Origin: a virus
Lineage: Duplodnaviria; Caudoviricetes
Length of the DNA stretch: 33,906 nt
IMG/VR virus record: IMGVR_UViG_3300032239_001223
Coordinates: 1-33,906 of that record
Reading direction: 5' to 3' (one strand)
How positions within the stretch are numbered: position 1 is the stretch's first letter; each line of letters begins with the position of its first letter. This document shows, piece after piece, positions 7,767-19,100 of this stretch. Position numbers and translations under genes: made by a program. Under the pieces are notes generated by a model that worked only from the letters and a program-made list of their open reading frames with translations, was not told the origin of the DNA and did no database searches.

Positions 7767-8924
7767 ATGGCGTTAATTCCATCGCTTAACGTTACTAGGG
7801 ATTCTGAAAGTCAGAATCCAAGAGGTCCGCTTGCATCTCTAGAGTCAAATAAGTTTTCTTCTAAGGATTTAAGATATCCTTCTAATCTTGGTTCTGCTAA
7901 TTATAATGAAAATCTTCATTATATTACGTTTTATATAAATGTACAGGAACGCTCAAAGTACACCTTGAAAGAAGAATATACTGGTGGAGGGCCAACTATC
8001 AATTCAAACAGATCAGCTGACGCTGCAGCTGGAATAGGACAAATTGCAACTGAAGGTATCGGTACAGTCGGGGCAATGGTGGCAGGCGCCGCTATAGGGG
8101 CTGCTGCTGGTAGCTTTGCAGGGCAAATTGGTGATGCTGTTGGTGGACCTGTAGGTGGCCTCATAGGAGCCGCAGCGGGTGGTGCGCTCGGTGGTATAGC
8201 TGGAACTTACATAGCGAGCGTCGATCTTTCCAGAAAAACAAAAAGAATTAAATCAACTATTTCTTTATATATGCCTGAAATGCAGGCTGTTTCTATGTCC
8301 CATGGATATGGCGATCCCAGCATGACAGATGCTATGGGCTTGGCAGGTGCTCTTGGTCAGGGTGCTTCTGCTGTCGGTAACAGCATTGAAGGGTTTTTTA
8401 AAAGTGATGCAAATATGAAGAGTTCTGGTGCTGGTGCGCTCGCAGAACTTTCTGGAACAGTAGCTGCAAAAAGTGGTGTATTTGGGGATAATATAAAACA
8501 AGCTGTTTTATTTTCTTCAGGTCTAGCATTAAACCCGCAAGTTGAAATTCTTTATGAGCAAACTAGCCATCGAGAATTCCAGTTCGATTTCAAATTTATT
8601 CCCAGAAACAGAGATGAAGCCGAGCAGGTTAGAAAGATCATCAAAGATTTTAAATTTCATGCAGCTCCGGAATTATTGACTGGATCATCAGGGCGTTTCT
8701 TCATCCCTCCAGCTGAATTCGATATTAAGTTTTTCTTTAATGGTAGCGAGAACGAAAATATTAATAAAATCTCAACTTGTGTTCTTACTACAATTGATGT
8801 TAATTATTCAGCTGGTGGCAGTTGGACAACATTCCAAGATGGTATGCCAGTAGAAATTGGTATGATTTTGAAATTTAAAGAACTCGAACTTATGCACAAA
8901 GGCAGAATTCAGGACGGTTACTAA
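7767..8924 (+). CDS. gp48: gp48 baseplate tail tube cap
   Basis: LRYP, ISLYMP, NPQVEILYE..SHREFQFDFKFIPRN..EA and CVLTTIDVNYS...FKELE. Confidence 0.88.
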   Translation: MALIPSLNVTRDSESQNPRGPLASLESNKFSSKDLRYPSNLGSANYNENLHYITFYINVQERSKYTLKEEYTGGGPTINSNRSADAAAGIGQIATEGIGTVGAMVAGAAIGAAAGSFAGQIGDAVGGPVGGLIGAAAGGALGGIAGTYIASVDLSRKTKRIKSTISLYMPEMQAVSMSHGYGDPSMTDAMGLAGALGQGASAVGNSIEGFFKSDANMKSSGAGALAELSGTVAAKSGVFGDNIKQAVLFSSGLALNPQVEILYEQTSHREFQFDFKFIPRNRDEAEQVRKIIKDFKFHAAPELLTGSSGRFFIPPAEFDIKFFFNGSENENINKISTCVLTTIDVNYSAGGSWTTFQDGMPVEIGMILKFKELELMHKGRIQDGY

Positions 8925-9610
8925 TGGCTGGTTATTTCTCATATTTCCCTAAGATTGCATATAATCTTAATGATACTAGTATTGCTATGGATGCACAAGC
9001 AGTAACAAATATCCTTACAAGATCTAAATTCTTATCTGATATTGCTAATAATTCTTCTATATATTTTAAGTATAGCGTAAAAGACGGCGAAACTCCAGAA
9101 ATAATCGCAGATAAAATCTATGGAGATGTATACAGATCTTGGATTGTTCTTTTATTTAATAACTTTATAAATCCATTTTATGATTTTCCACTATCGAGTG
9201 ATGTTTTAAATACTTACATACAGAACAAATATTCACAGACTCTACAAGAGGCTCAAAGTGAAATTCATCATTACGAACAGGAAATAACTAAGGTTTTAAG
9301 TTCAGGCGGTTCTGTTGTATCCACAGTTGTTGATACAACTACCACCTCTACAAAAGAATACAATTTTGCAACTGACATTTTAACTGATAAAACACTGCCT
9401 TCTACGGCAGATACGTCATTGATAATTAGCACAGAAACTCTTTCTTTAACAGGAAATCAAACATTAACTATTACAACTAGATTGAGAGCTGTTTCCAATT
9501 ACACATATGAAGTTAATGAGAATGAAAATAGAAGAAAAATTGTTCTTCTTGATCCTGCATATATTTCGCAAGTTGAAACTGAATTTAAAAAGTTGATGAG
9601 CAATGGTTGA
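8924..9610 (+). CDS. gp53: gp53 baseplate wedge subunit (LysM-like)
   Basis: YFSYFPKIAY, YSVKDGETPEIIADKIYGD..WIVLLFN and YEVNENENRRKIVLL. Confidence 0.92.
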   Translation: MAGYFSYFPKIAYNLNDTSIAMDAQAVTNILTRSKFLSDIANNSSIYFKYSVKDGETPEIIADKIYGDVYRSWIVLLFNNFINPFYDFPLSSDVLNTYIQNKYSQTLQEAQSEIHHYEQEITKVLSSGGSVVSTVVDTTTTSTKEYNFATDILTDKTLPSTADTSLIISTETLSLTGNQTLTITTRLRAVSNYTYEVNENENRRKIVLLDPAYISQVETEFKKLMSNG

Positions 9611-10913
9611 TAATACAGACGTCGGCGTAACAGGCTCTAAGAATTATGATATTAAAACTTTGGAGTTGATTAATTCCGGAGGACTGACTGTTGATCTAAG
9701 AAAAGTATTCATTGAGCTTCAAATCTGCCAAGATCTGTTTTCTTCTGTAATGAGTGGAAATATCCTGATCGATGATGGTCATGATATTTTCAGTAACTTT
9801 TACTTTTGCGGAAATGAATATTTGAATATTTCTATTGATAAACCATCTCTCGGAAAACCTCTAGAAAAGATTTTTCGAGTTTATAGTTCAACTAAACGAA
9901 GGCCAACTGGTGAATCTGCGCAGATGTATCTGCTCAACTTCTGCTCGGAAGAAATGATTTTTTCTAACTCTAAGTTGGTAAGCAAGGCATATAAAAGCCA
10001 AAAAACAGTTGATATTATTCGCGATGTTCTTGTCAATGAACTCAAAGTAGATATCTCCAGAATTAAAACTCTGGAGCTGACTTCCGGAACTTATGATTAT
10101 GTGGTTCCGAATTATCGTCCACTAGAAGTTATTCAGTGGGCTGCAAGTAGATCATACGATGCAAGCAAAAAGTTTTGCTATTTCTTTTATGAAGATAGAG
10201 ACGGATTTCAGTTTAAATCGTATAATACTCTCATTAAACAAAAACCATATAAAACTTTAAAATACGAAATAAAGACTGTCGATCAAGATCCAGCGGTTAA
10301 TAAAGACTCTATTGATAAGTTTACAATTCTCAATGATTTTAATATTCTAACTTCTTTGTCGAATGGATCTTTTGCTTCTAAGTTATTGTCTGTTGACATT
10401 TTCAGCCAGCAGTTTAAGACCGACGTGTACTCTATTGATGTGGCAGAAGGCCAGCAAAATCTATTAAACAAATTTAAGCCAATCAATGGATTAAAGAATC
10501 AAGATAACCTTCCTATTACAACTTCATATGATGCTTTCTTTAGAACATATATTTCTATCAATGATACGGCGAGTGAAAAGAGTAATGATATTAAATTGTG
10601 GATGATGAACAGAGCATTACATATGTCGTTAATGCATAATTTCAGAATTGAAATTGTAATTCCTGGGGATATTTTGCTAAAGGCTGGAGAAGTTGTGAAG
10701 TACGAATTCCCAAGATTTGAAGGAGCAGATTCGAAGGGTAAAGTCACAGACGAATATAGAACGGGTAACTATCTTGTTTCTGCTATAAACCATAAGTTCA
10801 CTGGTGGTGATAAAGGCGATTTCGAAAGTATTGTAGAACTTGTTTCTGATTCTGTTTCAAAACAGATCCCTGGTGCTAAAGAAGGCATCAATAAAGTTGT
10901 GAAGAAGGTGTAG
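9603..10913 (+). CDS. gp27-like baseplate hub protein
   Basis: Lies between gp53 and gp5; motifs YFFYEDRDGFQFKS, IVIPGD..LKAGEVV and TGNYLVSAINHKF. Confidence 0.7.
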   Translation: MVDNTDVGVTGSKNYDIKTLELINSGGLTVDLRKVFIELQICQDLFSSVMSGNILIDDGHDIFSNFYFCGNEYLNISIDKPSLGKPLEKIFRVYSSTKRRPTGESAQMYLLNFCSEEMIFSNSKLVSKAYKSQKTVDIIRDVLVNELKVDISRIKTLELTSGTYDYVVPNYRPLEVIQWAASRSYDASKKFCYFFYEDRDGFQFKSYNTLIKQKPYKTLKYEIKTVDQDPAVNKDSIDKFTILNDFNILTSLSNGSFASKLLSVDIFSQQFKTDVYSIDVAEGQQNLLNKFKPINGLKNQDNLPITTSYDAFFRTYISINDTASEKSNDIKLWMMNRALHMSLMHNFRIEIVIPGDILLKAGEVVKYEFPRFEGADSKGKVTDEYRTGNYLVSAINHKFTGGDKGDFESIVELVSDSVSKQIPGAKEGINKVVKKV

Positions 10914-10915
10914 TA

Positions 10916-12499
10916 ATGCCAGGAGCAAAAAAGAATTTTATTGGACTCGAAGGGTTCATCTGGTGGGTTGGGGTCGTTGAAGACCGCAATGATCCAGAAC
11001 AGCTTGGTCGTGTCCGTGTTCGTTGCTTTGGTTGGCATACTGAAAAGAAAGAAAAGATCCCGACAGATTCTCTGCCTTGGGCGCATCCGATGACTCCAGT
11101 GAATAATCCAAATGCGTATACTCCTAAAGAGGGTGATATGGTTATGGGGTTCTTTATGGATGGAGAAAATGGTCAAAATCCAGTTATCATGGGCGTTCTT
11201 CCTGGAAAGCCAGAAAAGAAACCAGACTATGAAAAGGGATTCTCTGATCCAGGAAAAGACTTTTCTGGTCGCCCAAAAAAGCCAGATGATGCTTCTGAAG
11301 CCTATCCAAAAAATAAGTATCTGAAAGAAGCAACGACAAACAGATTATCTCGCGGTAAATCTGAGAGCACAGTCATTGCAACCAGAACGAAGAATCTAAA
11401 GAAAAGCATCGTTTCGGCTGGTGGTGTTACTTGGTCTGAGCCAAGCCCAGCCTTTAAGCCAAAGTATCCGTACAATAATGCTCTTGAGACTGAATCTGGA
11501 CATGCACTAGAATTCGATGATTCTCCTGGTCAAGAGCGTGTGCATCTCGCACACCGAAAAGGTTCATTCATTGAGATTGATAAAGACGGTAATCGCGTTG
11601 AGAAGGTTGTGAAAGATAATTACGAACTTGTAATGGGTTCGGATTATGTTTACATCAGCGGCAAGTGCTCAGTTACTGTCGGCGGTGATTGCAATCTCAA
11701 AGTCGGCGGGAATATGAACATCGAAGTCGCTGGCGGAATTAATATGGCTGCAGGCGGCGATATTCGTATGAAGGGTAAGAAAGTCATGATCGAGTCTTCA
11801 TCAGACTTTGACGCAAAGATCGGTGGTGCTGGTAAGATTACCTCGAAGAATAAACTCAATCTCAAAGGTGCAACTGCTGCTCTTCAGGGTGCAACAATTG
11901 ATCTACCAGCGGCTCAGATTAATATGCAATCTGGTTCTGCGGAGTCTGCCTCAGGTACTGGTCTAACTGGTGGAGGATCTGCACCTTCTGCTGATGAGGC
12001 GAATACTGCTGCCACAGAAACTGCTAACACGGCTGCTAATACAGATAAAACAGCTGCAACAACTAGCGCAAATGTAGTAACTTCAACTACAGTAACCACT
12101 GGTTCTTCAGTAGGTAAAGATATCGCTGGTGGGACTTCTACAGTCAGTAACGTGTACTCTGGATTATCTGCGGCTGCTGACGGTGTTATACAAAACCTAT
12201 CAAGCAACCTTCCAATCGGTGAGTTGACCAACAAGGTTCAGAACTTTGAGGGTGATATAAACGGTAATAGAGGATCTATTTTGAGCCTCAAGACTGATCT
12301 TAAGAATACTCTATTCGCCAAGATTGATGCGGTTGCTCAGGGTGCATCTGCTAAAAATATTCCGTTCACCGTTGACTCGGAGATTCAAAGCGGCATCACT
12401 GAAGTGGTAAACCCAGTTGCCCAGTATACGACTCAACTTGGTAAACACATTTATGCTAAAACAGAATCTGTGTTAATTCCATCTGCAAACTCGGCGTAA
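10916..12499 (+). CDS. gp5: gp5-like central spike (OB fold plus beta-helix, no lysozyme domain)
   Basis: WWVGVVEDRNDPEQLGRVRVRCFGWH, KYPYN..ETESGH..EFDDSPGQERVH, and VxGxxxxx beta-helix repeats. Confidence 0.92.
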   Translation: MPGAKKNFIGLEGFIWWVGVVEDRNDPEQLGRVRVRCFGWHTEKKEKIPTDSLPWAHPMTPVNNPNAYTPKEGDMVMGFFMDGENGQNPVIMGVLPGKPEKKPDYEKGFSDPGKDFSGRPKKPDDASEAYPKNKYLKEATTNRLSRGKSESTVIATRTKNLKKSIVSAGGVTWSEPSPAFKPKYPYNNALETESGHALEFDDSPGQERVHLAHRKGSFIEIDKDGNRVEKVVKDNYELVMGSDYVYISGKCSVTVGGDCNLKVGGNMNIEVAGGINMAAGGDIRMKGKKVMIESSSDFDAKIGGAGKITSKNKLNLKGATAALQGATIDLPAAQINMQSGSAESASGTGLTGGGSAPSADEANTAATETANTAANTDKTAATTSANVVTSTTVTTGSSVGKDIAGGTSTVSNVYSGLSAAADGVIQNLSSNLPIGELTNKVQNFEGDINGNRGSILSLKTDLKNTLFAKIDAVAQGASAKNIPFTVDSEIQSGITEVVNPVAQYTTQLGKHIYAKTESVLIPSANSA

Positions 12500-12500
12500 A

Positions 12501-13661
12501 ATGGTAACTTTTGCAATCCCATGTAATGCATCTTTACTGCCAACAAAGGCGGAACTGGTCGGCATTTTTAAACAGCTGGCAAATATCCCCTCGCTGCTTG
12601 TTGTTGAGATAGAGAATATTAAGAGAGAAGCTGAGTTTGCTGTCTCGGAAGAAATTCGCCAACAACTACTTGCTAGAATTGGTCCATTACTGGAGCAGAT
12701 TGAAAAGATTGTTGGAATCATAAAAGGCATTAAAGATATTCTTGGCGGATTTCCGATTTTCCCTAGCCTGAGCATCCCAGATATTGAGTGGGAAAAACGA
12801 ATCACGGAACTGATCCAAAACTTCCATGGCTATGTTATGGCGAAGATTATTGATCTAATTAACGCCATTCTACCAATCAATTTTGTTATTAATATTCTTG
12901 GGCTGAGTATCGATATCGTGAGAGTTTTTACAGACCCAGACTATAGATCGCAGCTAGTGGCGCAGGTTGTTTCTAAGATTTCTTCATTATTTGCGCTTCT
13001 GCCAGACATCTATCAGGTTTATGAAGGTATTAAGTATGGAGTCTACTCTCTAGAGATGCAGGCTCGTGCAGTCTGGTCTTATATTATGGGACAGCTTCAA
13101 AACGGTGCGGTGACTCTAATTTACAATGCACTCGCTGGATTAATTAAAAAATTCAAGACAATCTGGGATGCCTTACATCTACCAGCATTGATTGATTTAC
13201 TCACCCTAGATGTTCCAGGAATTATCCAGGGTTTAATCGGCGATCTCATTGAAAAAATTAAAAATGCCCCAGAAGCCCTCAAAAACGCGATCCGTAGAGA
13301 GATAATTGACAAACTAAAATCGATCAGCCTCGCTGGGTTTAATCTATTACAGATTATCGGGGGAGAAATTTCTAGTTTTGTTGATAGCATCGAGACTCAG
13401 ATAGAAAGGTTCATGGAGGCTCTTCGAGATTTCGGTGAACAGTGGCCAATGTATCTAATCAAACTGTGGATGAATAAGATTACTGCCTTCTTAAATGCTA
13501 TTGGGCTTGGAGCACTGCTAGAATGGATTACTTTCGACTTCTGTAAATTCTTAAAGTTAATCGGAATGCCAACTTCTATTTCTGTAGATGTCGGTATTGC
13601 TCTTGATTTTAGTACACCAATTCCCTCAGTCGGTGTAGAAACTTACTACGCAGAAGCCTAA
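12501..13661 (+). CDS. Hypothetical Ile/Leu-rich helical protein downstream of gp5
   Basis: 386-aa ORF tightly packed in the operon, with amphipathic or hydrophobic helices and no recognised family motif. Confidence 0.8.
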   Translation: MVTFAIPCNASLLPTKAELVGIFKQLANIPSLLVVEIENIKREAEFAVSEEIRQQLLARIGPLLEQIEKIVGIIKGIKDILGGFPIFPSLSIPDIEWEKRITELIQNFHGYVMAKIIDLINAILPINFVINILGLSIDIVRVFTDPDYRSQLVAQVVSKISSLFALLPDIYQVYEGIKYGVYSLEMQARAVWSYIMGQLQNGAVTLIYNALAGLIKKFKTIWDALHLPALIDLLTLDVPGIIQGLIGDLIEKIKNAPEALKNAIRREIIDKLKSISLAGFNLLQIIGGEISSFVDSIETQIERFMEALRDFGEQWPMYLIKLWMNKITAFLNAIGLGALLEWITFDFCKFLKLIGMPTSISVDVGIALDFSTPIPSVGVETYYAEA

Positions 13662-13664
13662 ATA
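13658..13664 (+). promoter_or_regulatory. Putative late promoter upstream of gp25
   Basis: CTAAATA overlapping the upstream stop codon, 25 nt before the gp25 ATG. Confidence 0.55.
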
Positions 13665-13689
13665 TTCTTGTTAATCTCACGGAACTTAA

Positions 13690-14082
13690 ATGAGTCTAAT
13701 CACTAGAAAATATTCGGACATAGATCTCGATTTTTTACCGAATCCGATCACAGGAGATGTGCTCAAAAAAGTCGATGATCACGCGATTGCTGCTTCGATT
13801 GCAAACTTGCTCCAAACATCTCATTATGAAAGACTATTCAATCCTGCGCTTGGATGCAATCTTAAGAGATATTTGTTCGAACAGATCGATGATATTACGA
13901 CTAATAGCATAAAAGAAGAAATTACAAGAACAATTAAAAATTTCGAGAGCAGAGTAGATTTATCCGACGTCACCGTAACACCTGATTTTGATAATAATGG
14001 GTATAACATTTCTATAAGATTCTTTATTAGAAATGAGGCTTCACCTATCGTTATTGACTTCTTCCTAGAACGAGTAAGATAA
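13690..14082 (+). CDS. gp25: gp25 baseplate wedge subunit
   Basis: YSDIDLDFLPNPITGDV, ERLFNPALGCNL and FLERVR. Confidence 0.93.
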   Translation: MSLITRKYSDIDLDFLPNPITGDVLKKVDDHAIAASIANLLQTSHYERLFNPALGCNLKRYLFEQIDDITTNSIKEEITRTIKNFESRVDLSDVTVTPDFDNNGYNISIRFFIRNEASPIVIDFFLERVR

Positions 14083-14083
14083 A

Positions 14084-16150
14084 ATGGCAAATGTTGATGC
14101 AAAGCTAAAAGTCGCTGAGTTAGATTTCGATACTATTAAGAATAATCTAAAAGAATTCTTAAAATCTCAGTCTGAATTTAGTGATTATAATTTCGAGGGA
14201 TCTGGCATGGCAGTTCTTCTCGATCTGCTCGCATATAACACCCACTATATGGGATATTATTTAAATATGGTGTCGAACGAAATGTTCATCGACACAGCGA
14301 TTACTCGCGGATCAGTAGTTTCCCATGCAAAACTTCTAGGATACACCCCCAATTCTCGTGTTGCTCCACAGGCATATGTTAATATCGCTATTACACCAGT
14401 TACTGGTGATGCCAATAGTTCTATAGCAATTCCTAGATTTACTCGATTCGTTTCAGAAACAAAAGACGGTGTGAATTATATTTTTGTAAATCCGTCCACA
14501 TATATTTCAACTAAAAACTCTTCCTCAGGTTTATTTGAGGTTAATAATCTATCGCTTAAAGAAGGTCAACCTGTGAATATGACCTTCACATATGACCAGC
14601 AAACTAATTTTAAACAAACATTTGAATTACCTGATTCTGGTATCGACACCTCAACGATTCAGGTTTATGTTCAAAATTCTTCTCAAAATTCCATTAGAAA
14701 AACTTATACTCTTTCTCAAGATGCAACAAATGTTGATGCAAATGCGGCAGTGTATTATCTTGAAGAAAATAAAAATGGCAAATATCAGATTTATTTTGGT
14801 GACGGAATCATCGGGAAAAAACTAGTTAATGGAAATATTGTAATTGTTTCTTACATTATAACAAGTGGAACTGCAGCAAATGGACTGAGTGTGTTTAAAT
14901 TACTTGATACTATTTTATCTGGATCAAGTACAACTATCACCACAGTCAGTGCATCAACTTCTGGTGCAATGGAAGAAACGATCGATCAGATCCGCTTCAC
15001 TGCACCGAAATCATATATCGCTCAAAACCGCGCTGTGACTAAGAACGATTATATCGCTTTGATCAATCGTGATTATCCATACTTCCAGGCAGTAAACGTC
15101 TGGGGTGGAGAAGAAAACGATCCACCTGTTTATGGAAAAGTATTCTTTACAGCCAAGCCATTAAGTGGAAGTGAGATCACGATAACAGAAATTGAATATG
15201 TTAAGAATAGCATTATCAAGCCATTCAGTGTTCTGACTGTTGAGCCAGAGTATGTTGCAGCAGACTATAACTACATGATGGTTCAAGCAACTGTAAACTT
15301 TGACCCCACTAAGACTAATAAGACTGCCTCTGAAATTAATGCTGGGGTAATTTCTACAATTCGTAGTTTTGCAAATACTTATTTAGATACATTTAATAAT
15401 ACATTCAAAGTTTCAAGACTTTCCCGCGCTATTGATGATTCGGACATATCGATAACTAATACTGATTTAAATATTACAATTGAAAAACGTTTTACAGTTG
15501 ATGTGACAAAGCCTCAAAACTATACATTGAATTTTGATACCGAGCTGCGCCAAGGAACAACAACCCAACGCATTTATTCCTCGCCGTCGTTCGGTTATTA
15601 TGATCTATCTGGCGGTGTGCGTAGTTGTTTTATTGAAGAAGTTTTACAGTCATTTACTGGCGTGGAAGCAATTGATGTCAAGACTCCAGGATATGGTTAC
15701 ACATCAACCCCGACTATTACTATCGAGGGCGATGGAACTGGTGCTACTGCAAGAGCATTGATTATAAATGGTTCTGTGGCTAAGATTGAGGTCGTTTCAA
15801 TCGGAACTGGGTATACCTCTGCTGTTGCTACGATCAGCGGCGGCGGTGGAACTGGAGCAACTCTAACAGTCAATCTTCAAGGTAGAAGCGGCGCATTGAG
15901 AATTTATTATTATGATGAAAACAGTATAAAGAAAACAATTACAGATACTGCTGGAACTATTGACTATAAAAATGGTATTATCAAATTGGCAAACTTCAAC
16001 CCAGTTTCTATCGTTGATCCATTTGGTACATTAACCCTTCGCGCAATTCCATTAAATACTATCTTTAGTTCGCAACGAAATAGAATCTTGGCACTAGACA
16101 TTACAGATCCTGGTGCTATATCAACAGTAATTAACGCCGTGATCGAATAA
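14084..16150 (+). CDS. gp6: gp6 baseplate wedge subunit
   Basis: ELDFDTIKNNLK, DYNFEGSG..VLLDLLAYNTHY, YFGDGIIGK, QNRAVT..DY and WGGEENDPPVYGKVF. Confidence 0.95.
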   Translation: MANVDAKLKVAELDFDTIKNNLKEFLKSQSEFSDYNFEGSGMAVLLDLLAYNTHYMGYYLNMVSNEMFIDTAITRGSVVSHAKLLGYTPNSRVAPQAYVNIAITPVTGDANSSIAIPRFTRFVSETKDGVNYIFVNPSTYISTKNSSSGLFEVNNLSLKEGQPVNMTFTYDQQTNFKQTFELPDSGIDTSTIQVYVQNSSQNSIRKTYTLSQDATNVDANAAVYYLEENKNGKYQIYFGDGIIGKKLVNGNIVIVSYIITSGTAANGLSVFKLLDTILSGSSTTITTVSASTSGAMEETIDQIRFTAPKSYIAQNRAVTKNDYIALINRDYPYFQAVNVWGGEENDPPVYGKVFFTAKPLSGSEITITEIEYVKNSIIKPFSVLTVEPEYVAADYNYMMVQATVNFDPTKTNKTASEINAGVISTIRSFANTYLDTFNNTFKVSRLSRAIDDSDISITNTDLNITIEKRFTVDVTKPQNYTLNFDTELRQGTTTQRIYSSPSFGYYDLSGGVRSCFIEEVLQSFTGVEAIDVKTPGYGYTSTPTITIEGDGTGATARALIINGSVAKIEVVSIGTGYTSAVATISGGGGTGATLTVNLQGRSGALRIYYYDENSIKKTITDTAGTIDYKNGIIKLANFNPVSIVDPFGTLTLRAIPLNTIFSSQRNRILALDITDPGAISTVINAVIE

Positions 16151-16151
16151 T

Positions 16152-19100
16152 ATGGCTGTAACAGAAAAAACAATCTCTGGGCTGATCCCGTCGCAATTAC
16201 CCGACTTTGTTAAAGCAGATCACCCGCAATTCAAGCGATTCGTAGAGTTATACTATACATGGCTTGAGTCGAATAATCCAGAAGGTGTTTCAAACACCGC
16301 TGGTAATACAATTTATCAAGCGATGAATATTGGAGACTATCGCGATGTCGATCAGACTCCAGATGAATTTATCACATATTTTAAACAAGAACTGATTCCA
16401 TATTTCCCAGAAAATACTGCGCTTGATTTGCGCAAGATTCTAAAGAGTGCTAGAGAATTCTATTCCAAGAAGGGAAGCGAAGAATCGCTCAAGTGGCTTT
16501 TCAAAGTGCTATTTAATGAAGATATTGAGATTAATTATCCAAAAGACCAGATTCTAAAGACATCTGATGGTAAATGGAAAAAACCAAAAGCGTTCAGAAT
16601 CACTGTCGGTGAAACTAATAAGAATATTGACGTTAATCTACTAGAGAAAAAGCTAGGAGTCGGCAGTGTTTCTGGTGCCACTTGCGTAATCGAATCTGCA
16701 GATAGAACTCTTGATACTGATACAGGTAGAGAGATTATTGAGATATACATCTCAAACATTAAGAGATATTTCAATAACGGCGAAAACATTGTAATCAACT
16801 ATACAGATGCTGACGGGGTAGCAAGAGTATTTTCTGAGAAGATTATCGGAACTATTTCGAATATTTACTTAGACTCTAACATTAAAACCGACCCGAAACA
16901 GAAACGTCGCGGACTTTTATATAACGTTGGAGACCCAATTGTAATTACTGGCGGTTTAGATTCAACTCCTGAAGCAAGACCAGGTGTTGCTATTGTTGGT
17001 AATGTTTCAACGGGTTCTATTGAAGCTGTTACAACTAATTTTCCTGGATATGGGTATCGTTTATACCCAGATACAGAAGTCCTCGTTTTACGTTCTGTTG
17101 GTGATGATCCTAATGCTAATGCAAACACGGACCTTCGTGTAGATGCTCTAAATCTAAAGTCAAGTCTTGTAAATAGTCAGATAAACTTTATAGAAACTAT
17201 CAGTTATGATAAAACCGTTATCGATTATCTCGGTGATGTTCTAATTTCATCATCAGATTATGCCGAATTTACGAGTAATAATATTAATGCTGTCCTCAAT
17301 GTAACTGAAGCAGATGCAGGTGATGGCTTTAATAACTTTGAAGAAGTTTGGGCTAATGGGACAAATTTCTATGATGCAAAGTTTACTGCAAAAATCGCAA
17401 CCTCAAATACTACAGGTCCTTTTGCTCAAGGTGGAATATTCTCAGCAACTGGTGGACTGCTAGTTTATGATGTTGCCAATACAGGTGCATTAGCAACTGT
17501 TCTCTCTGGCAACAATATCTATACAAAGAACACAGCAAAATCGTTCACGTTTAATTCTTTGACGACTTACAAAGTTTCTGCTAATGCTGATTCTAAAATT
17601 GCCCAGTGTCTTCATTTCGAATCGGTTGCGACTGGCGGGATTACGTTAATATCTGTTATTGACGGTGGTGCAGGATTCCGCTCTGCTCCAACACTAAGAG
17701 TATCATCGCAGTATGATACAATTCTTTCTGAAAATTATGATTATGGAACTACTGATAGAGCAGACGTTGTTCAGACATTTAAAGACCTCGGGCAAATCGC
17801 ACATATTTACATTAATAATGGTGGATCGGGTTACGCAGATGGTGATACTATTACATTCTCTGGTCGTGGTTATAGCGGTAGCGCATATGTGACGGTTGGT
17901 AGCGGTGGCGTGATTAAATCGATAACAATTACTGATCGCGGTGAGGGGCATCTTGTTCGTCCAACTTGTATTGTTAATTCTGCTGCTGGAACAGGTGCAG
18001 TTCTAACTGCCTATCTATTCGGCGACGGATACGATTACAAAGTTGAAACCAGCGCTATCGGTCGTATCAAAGATATTCGACTAATTTATCGCGGTTATGA
18101 TTATATCTCTCGTCCAAATGTATCTCTAAAAGTTATGGATACTGTGATTAAATCTATCTCTGAAGCCCAGGAATTAATTGAGCAGGAATATATCTACCAG
18201 GGTACAAGTCTTTCAACTTCGACGTTTAGAGCAAATGTTGCTTCGTATGATAGATCAACAAACCTTCTGAGACTATACGACTATTCCGGAATATTAGATA
18301 CAACTCTAGATTTAATTACAGCTAATGCAATACATTGCAGTGTTAATACTTCCGTGAATGTTGCCGCCCCTATTCAATACGATTCAATAACTATTGCATC
18401 TGGATTACCCAATCCGATGATTTATGGTAATGGGAAGGCTAAAGCCAATGCGCTATTCGCTAATGGTCTAATTGAATTCAATGGGTTCTATGTAAACACC
18501 GACGGATTTGTCAGCGCCGACAAGGTTCTTCAGGATGGAGAAATCTATCATAATTATTCATATGTGATTCAGTCTAATAAAGATCTAGCAGATTATAAGA
18601 GTTCATTAAAGAATATTGCGCATCCATCAGGCATGAAGCCGATTTCTAAGAGAATTATTGCTTCTGAGTTTGATTCTTCAGTTACTGATTTTCCATCTGT
18701 TAATTATATTAAGCCGATAAATTCATCATCTAATGTACAAGTTTTAAACCCATATTCGAACGTTGTTACTGGAAATGCAACAGCGTTTACAAATTCTACT
18801 CACAAAGCTAATGTAGGTGATTTATTCATTATCTCTGATCCAGGCAATCCGCTGAGAAGTCTATCTAAAATTATTACTTCGGTTGATTCAGACACGCAGC
18901 TTAAAATTGATGGCGATTTTATTTACGCAGGTCAGGGAAAGGTTTCAAGTAATAAAGAATATACCCGATTAACTGGAACCGTTAAAACAAATCCAGCGGT
19001 AACTGGAACATTTACGATTAATCCTCCTGTCACTGGAACTGTTAAAGTAAATGCACCAATTACAGGCTCTGCGAATGTCATCGGGTCAAATGCTGCAGTT

